A stretch of DNA of 64,000 bases from Nitrospinaceae bacterium. Its GTDB lineage: Bacteria; Nitrospinota; Nitrospinia; Nitrospinales; Nitrospinaceae. Below the pieces are notes generated by a model. It was not told the origin of the DNA. It saw only the letters and a program-made list of their open reading frames with translations, and did not search any database. A program made the position numbers and the translations under genes. Where the stretch lies: contig OZ250172.1 in the NCBI GenBank assembly GCA_965237905.1, positions 1,088,001-1,152,000 of the forward strand, given 5' to 3'. Below, piece by piece: positions 38,149-48,398 of this stretch (position 1 is the stretch's first letter; each line of letters starts with the position of its first letter).

Positions 38149-39204
38149 TCAGAGGTCTTCCATTATGGAAGGAGTCGAGCCCGAAGAAGGAGAAGAAGGA
38201 TCCGGATCTAATAGACCGGGGCTTTCGGAACCGGGTTTATCAATGCCCACCGCAACGTCGGGTTGGGGTTTGGGTTCCCAGTAACGCTTCATCGCGTCCA
38301 GGAAAAAAACCGCCATTTTTTTTCCAACCACTTCAAAAGCTTGCAGTTCTCCTTTGAATTCTTCTTCGGCTTCGACGGATGCAAAATCGCTTCTGGCCGC
38401 AATCACGGTGGACTGGGTGGTGGAAACGGCTCGCAAGGTAAGATTGGCTTGCACGGTAGTCAGACCTTCCGCATTTTTATCGCCCCGTCGCGTGGTAACT
38501 GCCGTACCTACAATAACAATATCCACTTTCGCTTTCAAGCCAATGTCCACTGCGGCGTCGACGTCACCCTGCATAGCCTCAAACACTGTACTCTCGTCGA
38601 CCATTTCGCTGATCTTTTCGCGCGTGGTGACTTTCACGCCTGCCGCCAGAAATTTTTGCAGCATGGCCACCTCGGAAATGGGAACATACTCCCAAAAATC
38701 AGGCGGAGCTTCTGCGGACAGGCTCCTCTCACTGACAAGAATTACAGCCGTATTGGGTTTGACCAGAGACGCCAGGATCCCGAGCCTGCTGAGTGACCGG
38801 TTGATTGCCTCGGGAAAAAATACGACTTCCAGCTTGACCCGGCTGAATTGCTCCACATCGCTGTCATAAAATTCCAAGAACCGGTATTGCTTGACATATC
38901 TTTTGGGACGCTTCAACATTTTTGCCAGCGACTTCCGGTTTCGGCGATAGGCGGAGCCGCCCAGAAGATCCTGCAACGCCACGGTCAGCGCATTTTTAAA
39001 CGCATACTCCACCGCTATGGCCCGTCCCCGAGCATAATCATTATTTCTAACGGAAGATTTGCCTTCGGCTTCATAGACCAATTGGGACTCGCCTCTGGCC
39101 CAGACATTGCCTGCAAGAAACCCAAAAAGGAACAGCGCGGATATCGTCACAAGGAAACCCGGCATGATTTTTGTACAAGGATTTTGATTGAGTATACGGA
39201 TCAT
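38149..39204 (-). CDS. Secreted protein with an FlgT-N-like domain
   Basis: Signal-like segment; EAEG...ARGRAIAVEYAFKNAL pattern; Pro/Ser-rich tail; start uncertain. Confidence 0.5.
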   Translation of the reverse strand: MIRILNQNPCTKIMPGFLVTISALFLFGFLAGNVWARGESQLVYEAEGKSSVRNNDYARGRAIAVEYAFKNALTVALQDLLGGSAYRRNRKSLAKMLKRPKRYVKQYRFLEFYDSDVEQFSRVKLEVVFFPEAINRSLSRLGILASLVKPNTAVILVSERSLSAEAPPDFWEYVPISEVAMLQKFLAAGVKVTTREKISEMVDESTVFEAMQGDVDAAVDIGLKAKVDIVIVGTAVTTRRGDKNAEGLTTVQANLTLRAVSTTQSTVIAARSDFASVEAEEEFKGELQAFEVVGKKMAVFFLDAMKRYWEPKPQPDVAVGIDKPGSESPGLLDPDPSSPSSGSTPSIMEDL

Positions 39205-39935
39205 TTTTTGTCGGCCTCATGGACCAGAGCATTCAACGAACGCACTTCCTTCGGTGTTAAAAAACGGTAGGCGCCCAACGGAACCTCTTTCAGGTTGAGC
39301 TTGCCGAATTCAGTGCGGTTGATCTTGACGACCGGGTGGCCCACCTTTTCGTAGACCCGTTTGAGGTGGCGGTATTTACCCTCCGCCAGCCTTATGGAGA
39401 GCACGCTATTCTTACCCGTCGTCCTTTTGATATCAACTTTCATGGGGCCGGTGGGACGATTATCCAACGGCACACCTCTGCGAAGCCGGTTCAATGCTTT
39501 TTCTTCAGGCACGCCGCGAACCTTGACCAGATAGACGCGTGGAACTTTCGATTTGGGGGCCAGCAGTTTTTTGGACAAGTCGCCGTCGTTCGTAAACAAC
39601 AGCAGGCCCTCGGTATTGAAATCGAGACGGCCCACCGGATACACACGTGCGGGCAAATCCTTAAAAAAATCCATCACCGTCGGTCGGGCTTTATCATCTT
39701 TCACCGTGGTCAAACAACCCCGGGGCTTGTTGAACAGAATGAACACCTTCTTTTCGGGAGCGGGAAGCAGTCGGCCATTCACTTTAATCCGGTCCGCATC
39801 CGGATCCGCCAGAACTCCCTGTTGACGCACGACGGTGCCATTGACCGTCACCCGGCCCTCGTCAATCAAACGTTCTGCCTCTCGCCGGGAGGCGATGCCG
39901 GCGTTGGCAATGATTTTCTGTAAACGTAGGGTCAT
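39201..39935 (-). CDS. rluB: rRNA pseudouridine synthase (RluB/RsuA family)
   Basis: RLQKIIANAGIASRR (S4), NKPRG, VGRLDFNTEGLLLFTNDG. Confidence 0.85.
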   Translation of the reverse strand: MTLRLQKIIANAGIASRREAERLIDEGRVTVNGTVVRQQGVLADPDADRIKVNGRLLPAPEKKVFILFNKPRGCLTTVKDDKARPTVMDFFKDLPARVYPVGRLDFNTEGLLLFTNDGDLSKKLLAPKSKVPRVYLVKVRGVPEEKALNRLRRGVPLDNRPTGPMKVDIKRTTGKNSVLSIRLAEGKYRHLKRVYEKVGHPVVKINRTEFGKLNLKEVPLGAYRFLTPKEVRSLNALVHEADKK

Positions 39936-39960
39936 AGAATCGAGCGCGGAGGGTTGAATA

Positions 39961-40629
39961 TCAAGCATTGCCCGTTTCCGGGTCGTGGGCTCCGGTGGAT
40001 GCTTCTTCGCCGACGGTATCCTCGGCGAAATCGGTATCGGCGGAAGGCAAATCATCCCCTTCATTTTTAAATGTCAATTCACCCTGTTCGGGTTCGATTT
40101 GCCCTTCAAGTTCTTCGTTGAAGTCTTCCAGAGTCGGCATTTCACTCAGATCGCGCAGACCGAAGTATTCGAGAAATTTCTGGGTGGTGCGAAACATCAT
40201 GGGTTTACCTGGAACGTTCTTGCGGCCTGCGGGGCAAATGATTTTTTTCTCCAGAAGAGTCTTGACCACGCCGCTGGAATTCACCCCGCGAATTTCATCG
40301 ACTTCCGCCCGTGTCAACGGTTGCTTGTAGGCGATGATCGCCAGCGTGTCCAACGCCGCCCGCGATAGCTTGAAACTTTTATCCAGCTTCAAAAGTTTGC
40401 GAATCCAGTCCGAAAATTCCGGCCGCGTGCACAATTGAAATCCATCACCCACTTCAACGATTTGCAGGTTTTTGGATTGATACTCGTCCTGCAATTCTTT
40501 CAGCACCGTTTGCAGGCTCTCTTTGCTGGACCGGCCCAGAAACGTCTGGTACAGCAGATCCGCGCTTACCGGTTGGTCGGAAGCCAGCAGGAGATTTTCG
40601 ATGATGGGTTTTAACTCGTTACGGTCCAC
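39961..40629 (-). CDS. scpB: SMC-Scp complex subunit ScpB
   Basis: LSRAALDTLAIIAYKQPLTRAEVDEIRGV, TTQKFLEYFGL. Confidence 0.93.
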   Translation of the reverse strand: MDRNELKPIIENLLLASDQPVSADLLYQTFLGRSSKESLQTVLKELQDEYQSKNLQIVEVGDGFQLCTRPEFSDWIRKLLKLDKSFKLSRAALDTLAIIAYKQPLTRAEVDEIRGVNSSGVVKTLLEKKIICPAGRKNVPGKPMMFRTTQKFLEYFGLRDLSEMPTLEDFNEELEGQIEPEQGELTFKNEGDDLPSADTDFAEDTVGEEASTGAHDPETGNA

Positions 40630-40699
40630 GGCGAATCCTCGTTGTTTCGTGTCATTCTATCCTGTCTGGAAAGCCACCGCAAAATTTAAATTGGAACTC

Positions 40700-41878
40700 T
40701 TATTTTTTAAAGTATTTACTGAGGGTGAGGCCCTGGGATTGATAATGGGAATTTAAATCCTTCCCATATATTTTGGTAGGCGTTTCAATGACTTTCTCAA
40801 ATTTTAGGCGGCAGAAGGTTTGTCCGTCTTCAACCATGAAGGGAACATCATGAGGACGGACTTCCATGACGGCGCGGGTTCCTAGGGATAAACGATTTTG
40901 ATCAGGACTCCAACCAAATCCTGGATCAAAAAAACCGGCATAATGAGTTCTTAGTTCTCCACTGTTTGGCTCATAAGCAACCATTTCGGCTAGAAAATGA
41001 GGCCAAATACAAATCTTTTCCTTCGACATCATGATGTAAAAGCTTTCCGGCTCAAGGATCAACCGATTCTTTTTATACGGGCGAATGGGTTCCCAAAATT
41101 CTAAAGGATCGTAATGATTTACTTTCGATAGATCTATGATATCACTATTCTGTTTGGCCTTATAAGCTACCACTCCGTCTTCTCTGGGCGACAAATCAAC
41201 ACTGATGTAAATACCGCGGTTAACCTTGATAGCTTTAATGGGAATTTCAAAACCGTTCTGGTCGAACAGAATCGGGTTTTTTTTATAATCCGGTTCCAAC
41301 CTTTTTTTACCCATTAACGTTGGTTGCCCATACCCTATTCTCAATTGATTGAGCTTTAGCCCTTCATAAACCCTGACTTGGAACGTACGCGGTATGACTT
41401 CAAGATACATTTTCCCTTTGTAGCCTCTGGGTATTTCGTCAAATCGATGCCCACGGTCAATAATAACTCGGGTAAACATATCCAATCGTCCCGTAGAACT
41501 TTTGGGGTTGGTTTTCCCGTAAATAGATGGGGGAAAATTCAATTCTTCCTGTAAGGGAATCAGATAAATGGTGCGGCGCTCCAGAATAGCGCCTTCGGGT
41601 CCACTCAAATCCACCTCATATTGTTTCAGGTCTTTCAGCTTGTTTTCCACTGTGTCATTTTCGGGTAGAAAACTGCTCCGAATGCGATAGGCTTTACTCC
41701 CTAGGCGCAAATCTAAACTGACAGGTTGAAATTGCGAATCCTCAATTGGCGCTTTCGAATGAATTATCCCCATATTACAAGCAGATGCTATCATTTGGGA
41801 GGGTAAGTATCCGGCCTTCCCCTTCCAGTCCCCTGCGGGTTCATTTTCAATCAAAGATTTTTCTGTAGTGGATTCCAT
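40700..41878 (-). CDS. dcd: 2'-deoxycytidine 5'-triphosphate deaminase (long two-domain type)
   Basis: QPVSLDLRLG, NPKSSTGRLD.FTRVI, GE.RTHYAGFFDPGFG, EVR.HDVPF, YQ.QGL.LSK.F. Confidence 0.85.
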   Translation of the reverse strand: MESTTEKSLIENEPAGDWKGKAGYLPSQMIASACNMGIIHSKAPIEDSQFQPVSLDLRLGSKAYRIRSSFLPENDTVENKLKDLKQYEVDLSGPEGAILERRTIYLIPLQEELNFPPSIYGKTNPKSSTGRLDMFTRVIIDRGHRFDEIPRGYKGKMYLEVIPRTFQVRVYEGLKLNQLRIGYGQPTLMGKKRLEPDYKKNPILFDQNGFEIPIKAIKVNRGIYISVDLSPREDGVVAYKAKQNSDIIDLSKVNHYDPLEFWEPIRPYKKNRLILEPESFYIMMSKEKICIWPHFLAEMVAYEPNSGELRTHYAGFFDPGFGWSPDQNRLSLGTRAVMEVRPHDVPFMVEDGQTFCRLKFEKVIETPTKIYGKDLNSHYQSQGLTLSKYFKK

Positions 41879-42030
41879 AGGCTGGTGGCCATAAAATGCG
41901 TCGAACTAGAATAAGTATATAATATTTAGGGGCTTATAAGGTTTCAATTGACAGGCCGTTTAGAGGTATGATTAAATCCTAATACTCTTAACTTTGCAAG
42001 CCTAGATTTAGGGATTTTTCGGGTATTCAG

Positions 42031-42294
42031 ATGCCTTTATACGAATATTATTGTGAAGATTGCCGGAAGGATTTCACGCTTCTGCAATCGGCCTCGGTTA
42101 ATAAAGAAGAAACGGCATGTTCAGAATGCAGTTCTTCCCATGTGCGTCCTCAGATGTCCTCTTTTTCTTCCAAAATACCGCCGAGGACGACCTCCAGCAC
42201 CGTGAAAGCGGGACCGGTTACGGCCGACGAGTTGCCCAATCAACGGGTTTTGAATCTTCCGATACCCAAGCATGTGTCTGAATACCACGACTAA
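42031..42294 (+). CDS. FmdB-family zinc-ribbon protein
   Basis: MPLYEYYCEDC...ACSECSS...MSSF. Confidence 0.8.
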   Translation: MPLYEYYCEDCRKDFTLLQSASVNKEETACSECSSSHVRPQMSSFSSKIPPRTTSSTVKAGPVTADELPNQRVLNLPIPKHVSEYHD

Positions 42295-42365
42295 GAACCC
42301 AAACCCATTCAACGGGTTGAGAGCCAAACCATTATTTTAAAAGGCTCTGTTTCCACAAGGCTTAC

Positions 42366-44348
42366 ATGAGCAAGAACAAAATCCGTCACACCGAGCATGT
42401 ATCCAAATCCATCCCCATCATAAAACCCCTGCTCGCCATACTCCTGATAGGAGGGGTCATCTGGGGTCTGGTTGCCCTGTTCCAGCCACCGAGCAATCTG
42501 GTTCCCTATAACAAATACAAGAAGACGGATGTCAGCGTCGCCGCGCCGGAAGATACTGCCCCGAAAAGCCAACCCAAACCGGCTTCGCCCGCCAAGGAAC
42601 CGGAATCATTCGAACAGCTGGCGCAAAATGATTCTGATAAAAATGCTTTGGACTTCACGAAAGCGGCTTCTGATCCAATCGTGCCGCAAACAAAGCTTCC
42701 GACCGATCTTCCGCGGGAAACGCTGGAACATATTTCCAAGGGCATGTCCCTGGTCGAAAACGGAAAATACGAGCGGTCCGAACTGGAATTTGAAAAAGCC
42801 GCCGACCTGAGCCCGAATTCACCGGAGGTGTTTGCCATCTGGGGCTCGGCTCTGCGCATCCAGGAAAAATTCAAGGGAGCCAACCGGCGTTTCGGCCGAG
42901 CTTACGAACTGGCACCGGAAGATGAAGAAATCGTTTTTAACTGGGGCATGTCCCGCCTGTTCGAAAAAAACGCTGATGGAGCCATCGACCTGTTTCAAAA
43001 GACGCTCAAGCTCAATCCGAAACATTACCTGGCTTACAACTATCTGGGCAAAAGCTATGGCCTGAAAAAAGATTTTCCCAACGAAGAAGCCAACTACGTG
43101 AAAGCGGTAGAGATCAAGGAGGATTTTGCGCAAGGGCATTTCAACCTGGGAATCGTGCGGAGCCTGCAAAAGAATTTTGAGGGAGCCGCACCGCACTTCA
43201 CGCGGGCCATTGAGCTCGACAAACAATTCGAAAAACCGTTCGTGGTGCAGTTTCTCACCGCAATGGGCCTGAAGAAAAAAGGCATCGGCCCGCAGGAAGC
43301 CAAACTCAAACCCTCCCCAAAAAAAGGCGACACAAAACTTCAGGACAACAAAAAAGAAGAAGCCGATCAAAAGGCCGAGGGATCCGATCATAAAATGGAA
43401 GGATCGGATTCGAAAATCGTCAAACCCATCACCAACCTTAAAGGCAGGATCACCATCAACAGTCTCCCGGCAGACAGCCGTGGGGTGGTGATTCTCGAAA
43501 CTAAAAGCAAGCTCAAGGTCCCCAAGCAAACCGCGCAGTCTCTTAAAGTTTTTCAAAGAGAGCTACAGTTCGAGCCAGCCCATTCAGTGGTGATGGTTGG
43601 GTCTACGGTCACCTTCACCAATGACGACCGGGAGGTGCACAACATTTATTCCAAGTCTTCAGGCAACCAGTTCAACCTGGGAGCCATGGCTTCCGGCGCT
43701 TCACGGGAAATCAAACTGGAAACACCGGGACCGGTCATTCTGCGGTGCAACCTGCACAAGGACATGATGGGTACGGTGTTTGTCGTGCCCAACGGGTATT
43801 ACGCCCAGACCAACGCCAACGGTGAATATCAATTTGATAACGTGAAAAGTGAGGAATACATTCTCGAGTTCTGGCATCCCCAACTGTACCCGGAAGATGT
43901 GGGGAAAAACGTCAAAAGCATCAAGCTGACCGGAAAGGATGAGAACGTCGATTTTAAAATTGCTTCCGCTTCCAAGCCGGGAGAGATCCACGATCTGGTC
44001 GATGCCGCCGACTACAACGTGGTGGTCGACAATATCGAGAAGGAAATGTTGCAGGCCATCAAAGATTGGGGCAATGGTAAGAAATTCACGCCGCGCAACC
44101 GCATGCTCAAGGCCATCACCCAATACTACGGCGGCGAAGGTCTGAAAGGGGCGATTGCCAAAAGTTTTAGCGAGCAACGCAGTCTGAAACTGGAGCAGGC
44201 CATGGATGAAATCCGCAAACAAGTCTCCGGTATTGGGGTCACGGAAAAAATCACGACGGCCTCCCTGAATTTCAAAGCCGAGCGTGTCCTGGCCCAGTTG
44301 CGAAACAACGTCAAAGAACTGGAACAGCGGCTGAATCCCAAGCCCTGA
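42366..44348 (+). CDS. Membrane-anchored TPR-repeat + cupredoxin-like + carboxypeptidase-regulatory-like + helical-domain protein
   Basis: One N-terminal TM; ~5 TPRs; HNIYS and CNLHKDM (C-x2-H-x2-M); NGEYQFDNV..EYILEFWHP. Confidence 0.75.
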   Translation: MSKNKIRHTEHVSKSIPIIKPLLAILLIGGVIWGLVALFQPPSNLVPYNKYKKTDVSVAAPEDTAPKSQPKPASPAKEPESFEQLAQNDSDKNALDFTKAASDPIVPQTKLPTDLPRETLEHISKGMSLVENGKYERSELEFEKAADLSPNSPEVFAIWGSALRIQEKFKGANRRFGRAYELAPEDEEIVFNWGMSRLFEKNADGAIDLFQKTLKLNPKHYLAYNYLGKSYGLKKDFPNEEANYVKAVEIKEDFAQGHFNLGIVRSLQKNFEGAAPHFTRAIELDKQFEKPFVVQFLTAMGLKKKGIGPQEAKLKPSPKKGDTKLQDNKKEEADQKAEGSDHKMEGSDSKIVKPITNLKGRITINSLPADSRGVVILETKSKLKVPKQTAQSLKVFQRELQFEPAHSVVMVGSTVTFTNDDREVHNIYSKSSGNQFNLGAMASGASREIKLETPGPVILRCNLHKDMMGTVFVVPNGYYAQTNANGEYQFDNVKSEEYILEFWHPQLYPEDVGKNVKSIKLTGKDENVDFKIASASKPGEIHDLVDAADYNVVVDNIEKEMLQAIKDWGNGKKFTPRNRMLKAITQYYGGEGLKGAIAKSFSEQRSLKLEQAMDEIRKQVSGIGVTEKITTASLNFKAERVLAQLRNNVKELEQRLNPKP

Positions 44349-44480
44349 TTGCCCTTCCGGGAAAAAGATACCTTTTTCTAAAATTGAAAATTGTTTATAT
44401 ATTTCTACCCTTTAAGAAGATGGTTTGGCCCGCTTCCCCGGCTGTTTGATTTTACCCTTCTGTAGTGATATTTTGTGCCT

Positions 44481-45932
44481 ATGAGCCTACGCCTGTACAA
44501 CACCCTGACCGGACAAAAAGAAGAATTCACCCCGCTCACACCGGGCAAGGCTGGTATGTACGTGTGCGGCGTCACCGCTTATGATTACTGCCACGTCGGT
44601 CACGCCCGCGCCGCTATCGTGTTCGACACCGTGTACCGCTACCTCCAGCACCTCGGCTACGAGGTCAACTACGTTCGCAACTTCACCGACATCGACGACA
44701 AAATCATCAAACGCGCCAACGAGGAAAAAATCGGCTGGCAGGAGGTGACGAAAAAATACATCGAGGCGTTTTACGAGGACATGGGACAATTGAACGTCGC
44801 CGTCCCGACCACCGAACCCAAAGCCACGGATCACATCGAGGGCATGCTCGCCATGGTGTCATCGCTCATCGACCAGAACAAAGCCTACGCAGCGGAAGGC
44901 GACGTTTACTTCTCCATCAAAAACTTTCCGGAATACGGCAAACTATCGGGCAGAAATGTTGAGGACATGGTGGCAGGCGCACGCGTTGAACCCGGCGAGC
45001 ACAAACGCGATCCGCTGGACTTCGCCCTCTGGAAAAAAAGCAAACCGGGCGAGCCCTCGTGGGACAGTCCCTGGGGACCCGGGCGGCCGGGCTGGCACAT
45101 CGAGTGCTCCGCCATGGGACGGCATTTTCTGGGAGAACGATTCGACATTCACGGCGGCGGCAAGGACCTGGTTTTCCCCCACCACGAAAACGAAATCGCG
45201 CAGTCCCAGGGTTGCTCCGGCACGCCGCCGGTCAAATACTGGCTCCACAACGGATTCGTCAATATCAATGAAGAAAAAATGTCGAAATCGCTCGGCAACT
45301 TTTTTACCATACGCGATATCCTGAAACGGTATCACCCGGAAGTTCTGCGCCTGTTCCTGCTGAGCCACCATTACCGCGGACCCATCGATTTTGCCGATGA
45401 GTATCTCAATGACGCTGAGAAGACGTTGGACCGGTTCTACGAATTTTTCGCCGCCGCACAGGAAAAACGGGGCGAGTTGAAGTTGAAATCGGTCGCCGAT
45501 GCGAACGAAGGTATTCGCTCGCAACCGTTCATCCAGAAAATCGAAGAGGCCATGAACGACGACTTCAACACCGCTGTTGCGCTGGCGCACATGAACGAGG
45601 AACTGCGCCATTTGAACAAAGCAATGACCCATCTGCAGAAGAAAAACGGCAACTGGGCCGAATTTGATACCTCCGCCGCTTCACTGAAGTACGCCTGTCA
45701 ACTGCTGGGCCTTCTGTATCATGAGCCGAAAGATTACAAGGCCCGCGTGCTGGAAAGCAAAAAAGAAACGCTGGGGCTGGATGTCGCTCAAATCGAGGCG
45801 TTGATCGCACAACGTAAATCCGCCCGCGAGTCCAAGGATTGGACCAAGGCGGACGAGTGCCGCGACGCGTTAACCGCCATGGGCGTGGTGCTGGAAGATA
45901 ACGCCGGTGGAACCATCTGGAAAGTCAAATGA
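44481..45932 (+). CDS. cysS: Cysteine--tRNA ligase
   Basis: YVCGVTAYDYCHVGH, GRPGWHIECSAM, DIHGGGKDLVFPHHENE, KMSKS. Confidence 0.97.
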   Translation: MSLRLYNTLTGQKEEFTPLTPGKAGMYVCGVTAYDYCHVGHARAAIVFDTVYRYLQHLGYEVNYVRNFTDIDDKIIKRANEEKIGWQEVTKKYIEAFYEDMGQLNVAVPTTEPKATDHIEGMLAMVSSLIDQNKAYAAEGDVYFSIKNFPEYGKLSGRNVEDMVAGARVEPGEHKRDPLDFALWKKSKPGEPSWDSPWGPGRPGWHIECSAMGRHFLGERFDIHGGGKDLVFPHHENEIAQSQGCSGTPPVKYWLHNGFVNINEEKMSKSLGNFFTIRDILKRYHPEVLRLFLLSHHYRGPIDFADEYLNDAEKTLDRFYEFFAAAQEKRGELKLKSVADANEGIRSQPFIQKIEEAMNDDFNTAVALAHMNEELRHLNKAMTHLQKKNGNWAEFDTSAASLKYACQLLGLLYHEPKDYKARVLESKKETLGLDVAQIEALIAQRKSARESKDWTKADECRDALTAMGVVLEDNAGGTIWKVK

Positions 45933-47479
45933 GAGCCGAAGAACAAACCTTTACCGATCGCTATCTGAAGTTTACCCAACTCTACACCCGCACCCACGTG
46001 GAAGAGGAGTCGGAAGAACGCATCCCGGAAAAAGTCATCCGGTGCGTCTGGAACGATCAGTTGATCAAAACGGATGCACTTAAAACCACCGACGGCCAAC
46101 CGCTGGAAATCATCTTTCCCGGCTACTGGAATTTCGGAAGCGGACCGGATTTCAAAAGCGCCACCATCCGCGTCGACGGCACATTGCACGAAGGCGACGT
46201 CGAACTCCACGTCTACGGTTGCGACTGGAAGGCGCACGGTCATTCAGATAACAACGAGTACGATAGCGTCATCCTGCATGTGTTCATGTGGAAAGGCCGG
46301 GGCCGGAAATCGATGGGTGAGGCGCCTGCGGACCCAACCAAAAATCTGTCGCGCCCGCACATCTATGAGCTTGAGCTCAAGGATTATCTGAAACAGGGCA
46401 TTCTGCAACTGAACGAGCAGTTGGATTTCGACAACTATCCCCTGCTCAACCAGTTCAACACCGGCCTGTGCCACCGCCCGCTGGCCAGCCTATCGCAGGA
46501 AAAATTCACCGAACTGCTGAAGAGCGCCGGTGACGCGCGCATCCAAACCAAGATGGACCGGTTCCATGACCGCATCATCACCAGGGGTTACGAGCAGACT
46601 TTCTACGAAGGCGTGGCCGAGGCCATGGGCTATCCCAGCAACAAGCAACCCTTCCGCACTCTGGCGGAAAACGTACCGCTGGAAGAAATCAAACAGCTCG
46701 TCCCAAAGAAATCTTCCTACAAGGACAAAATAAGGCTTGTCCAGGCCTTGCTGTTCGGCGTCTCCAGCCTCATCGATTTTGCGGATCTGCCGAAAGGCTC
46801 ATCGGCCAAAGACCGAACTTATTTTTCGGATCTGCAAAAAACCTGGAACAGGCACCAGAAAAAATTTAATGACCGGCTGATGGACCGGAAGGAATGGAAG
46901 TTCGGCAAAATGCGGCCCGCCAATTTCCCCTATCGCCGGATCGCCGCCCTCAGTCACCTGATCGTCCGGCACTGGGATACCGGCTTGTTCGCCGACACTC
47001 TGGAATGCCTGAAATCGACCCTTCCCACTGCCCTGGAGAAAGGATATACTGGGGTCACCCGGAACAAAGTCATGCATTTTTTCTGCCTGGAAGCGGACGA
47101 CTACTGGGCCTGGCACTACACCTCAGATGGCAAAAAGCTTGTTAAAGAACAACAGCTTGTAGGACCGGACCGGTCACGGGAGATCACGATCAACATCGTC
47201 CTGCCGATCGGATTGATCTATGCCCGGGCCAGCAAATCAGGCCCGCTCGAAAAGACGCTGGGTCTGTTATTCCAGACCAAAGCCCGGACCGCGGACAACC
47301 AGTGGATCCGGTTTATGAGCCATTATATTCTGGGCGACAAGGAACGGTTATTGAAGGAATTGGACAGCGACCGGAAAACGCAGGGATTGATGCAGGTGTA
47401 CCAGGATTACTGCACCCGCAACCAAAACAACTGCCTGCGGTGTCAGTTTCCGAGCGTGGTCGAGCGGTATTTTAAATAA
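45929..47479 (+). CDS. DUF2851 family protein
   Basis: T.DG..LEII.PG.WN..SGPDF..A, GDVELH, W..HGH...Y..VILHV, RPANFP..RIA, terminal C-x6-C-x2-C. Confidence 0.75.
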   Translation: MRAEEQTFTDRYLKFTQLYTRTHVEEESEERIPEKVIRCVWNDQLIKTDALKTTDGQPLEIIFPGYWNFGSGPDFKSATIRVDGTLHEGDVELHVYGCDWKAHGHSDNNEYDSVILHVFMWKGRGRKSMGEAPADPTKNLSRPHIYELELKDYLKQGILQLNEQLDFDNYPLLNQFNTGLCHRPLASLSQEKFTELLKSAGDARIQTKMDRFHDRIITRGYEQTFYEGVAEAMGYPSNKQPFRTLAENVPLEEIKQLVPKKSSYKDKIRLVQALLFGVSSLIDFADLPKGSSAKDRTYFSDLQKTWNRHQKKFNDRLMDRKEWKFGKMRPANFPYRRIAALSHLIVRHWDTGLFADTLECLKSTLPTALEKGYTGVTRNKVMHFFCLEADDYWAWHYTSDGKKLVKEQQLVGPDRSREITINIVLPIGLIYARASKSGPLEKTLGLLFQTKARTADNQWIRFMSHYILGDKERLLKELDSDRKTQGLMQVYQDYCTRNQNNCLRCQFPSVVERYFK

Positions 47480-47594
47480 TCCGGGGCACCCTCCGGTTTT
47501 TCCTCCCCGAAGCCGTCAAAACCCTTGATTCTATTGTGTTGAAACGATACAGTGTGGGTACACAAACCTTCCCATTGGGAAAAATACGAGTGAT

Positions 47595-48398
47595 ATGGAC
47601 CATTTAAACGAACTGGAAAATCAAAGCGTTTACATCCTGCGCGAAGCGTACAAGAATTTCAAAAATCTGGCCATGTTGTGGTCGATTGGGAAGGATTCCA
47701 CCGTTCTGCTGTGGTTGGCGCGCAAAGCATTTTTAGGCCATTGCCCGATCCCACTGGTGCACATCGACACCAGTTACAAAATTCCCCAAATGATCGAATA
47801 CCGCGACAAATACGCCCAGGAATGGGGACTGAACCTGATCGTCGGACAAAATAAAAAAGCGCTGGACGAAGGCATGAACCACGAGAAAGGCCGCGACGTC
47901 TGTTGCGATGCCTTGAAGACCCAGGGACTGTCCCAGATCATGAAGCAGGAAGGATACACCGGTCTCATTCTCGGTATTCGCCGGGACGAAGAAGGCACGC
48001 GCGCCAAGGAGCGTTATTTCTCTCCGCGCAACAAAGATTTTGAATGGGATTTCAAGGATCAGCCGCCGGAGTTGTGGGACCAGTTCAAAACCACGTTCGC
48101 CGAAGGTACGCATATCCGCATTCATCCGTTACTGCACTGGACGGAACTCAACGTGTGGGAATACATCGAGCGGGAAAAAATTCCCATCATCGACCTGTAC
48201 TTCGCCAACAAAGAAGGCCGCCGTTACCGGTCACTCGGCTGCGCTCCCTGCACGGGATCGATCGAGTCCAAAGCCAGTAACGTCCGCGAGATCATCGAAG
48301 AGTTGAAGGACACCACCTCTTCCGAGCGGTCCGGCCGCGCGCAGGATCAGGAAAGCACTTACGCCATGCAGAAGCTCCGGGCAAAAGGGTATATGTAA
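47595..48398 (+). CDS. cysD: Sulfate adenylyltransferase subunit 2
   Basis: [36 protein letters not shown]. Confidence 0.93.
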   Translation: MDHLNELENQSVYILREAYKNFKNLAMLWSIGKDSTVLLWLARKAFLGHCPIPLVHIDTSYKIPQMIEYRDKYAQEWGLNLIVGQNKKALDEGMNHEKGRDVCCDALKTQGLSQIMKQEGYTGLILGIRRDEEGTRAKERYFSPRNKDFEWDFKDQPPELWDQFKTTFAEGTHIRIHPLLHWTELNVWEYIEREKIPIIDLYFANKEGRRYRSLGCAPCTGSIESKASNVREIIEELKDTTSSERSGRAQDQESTYAMQKLRAKGYM

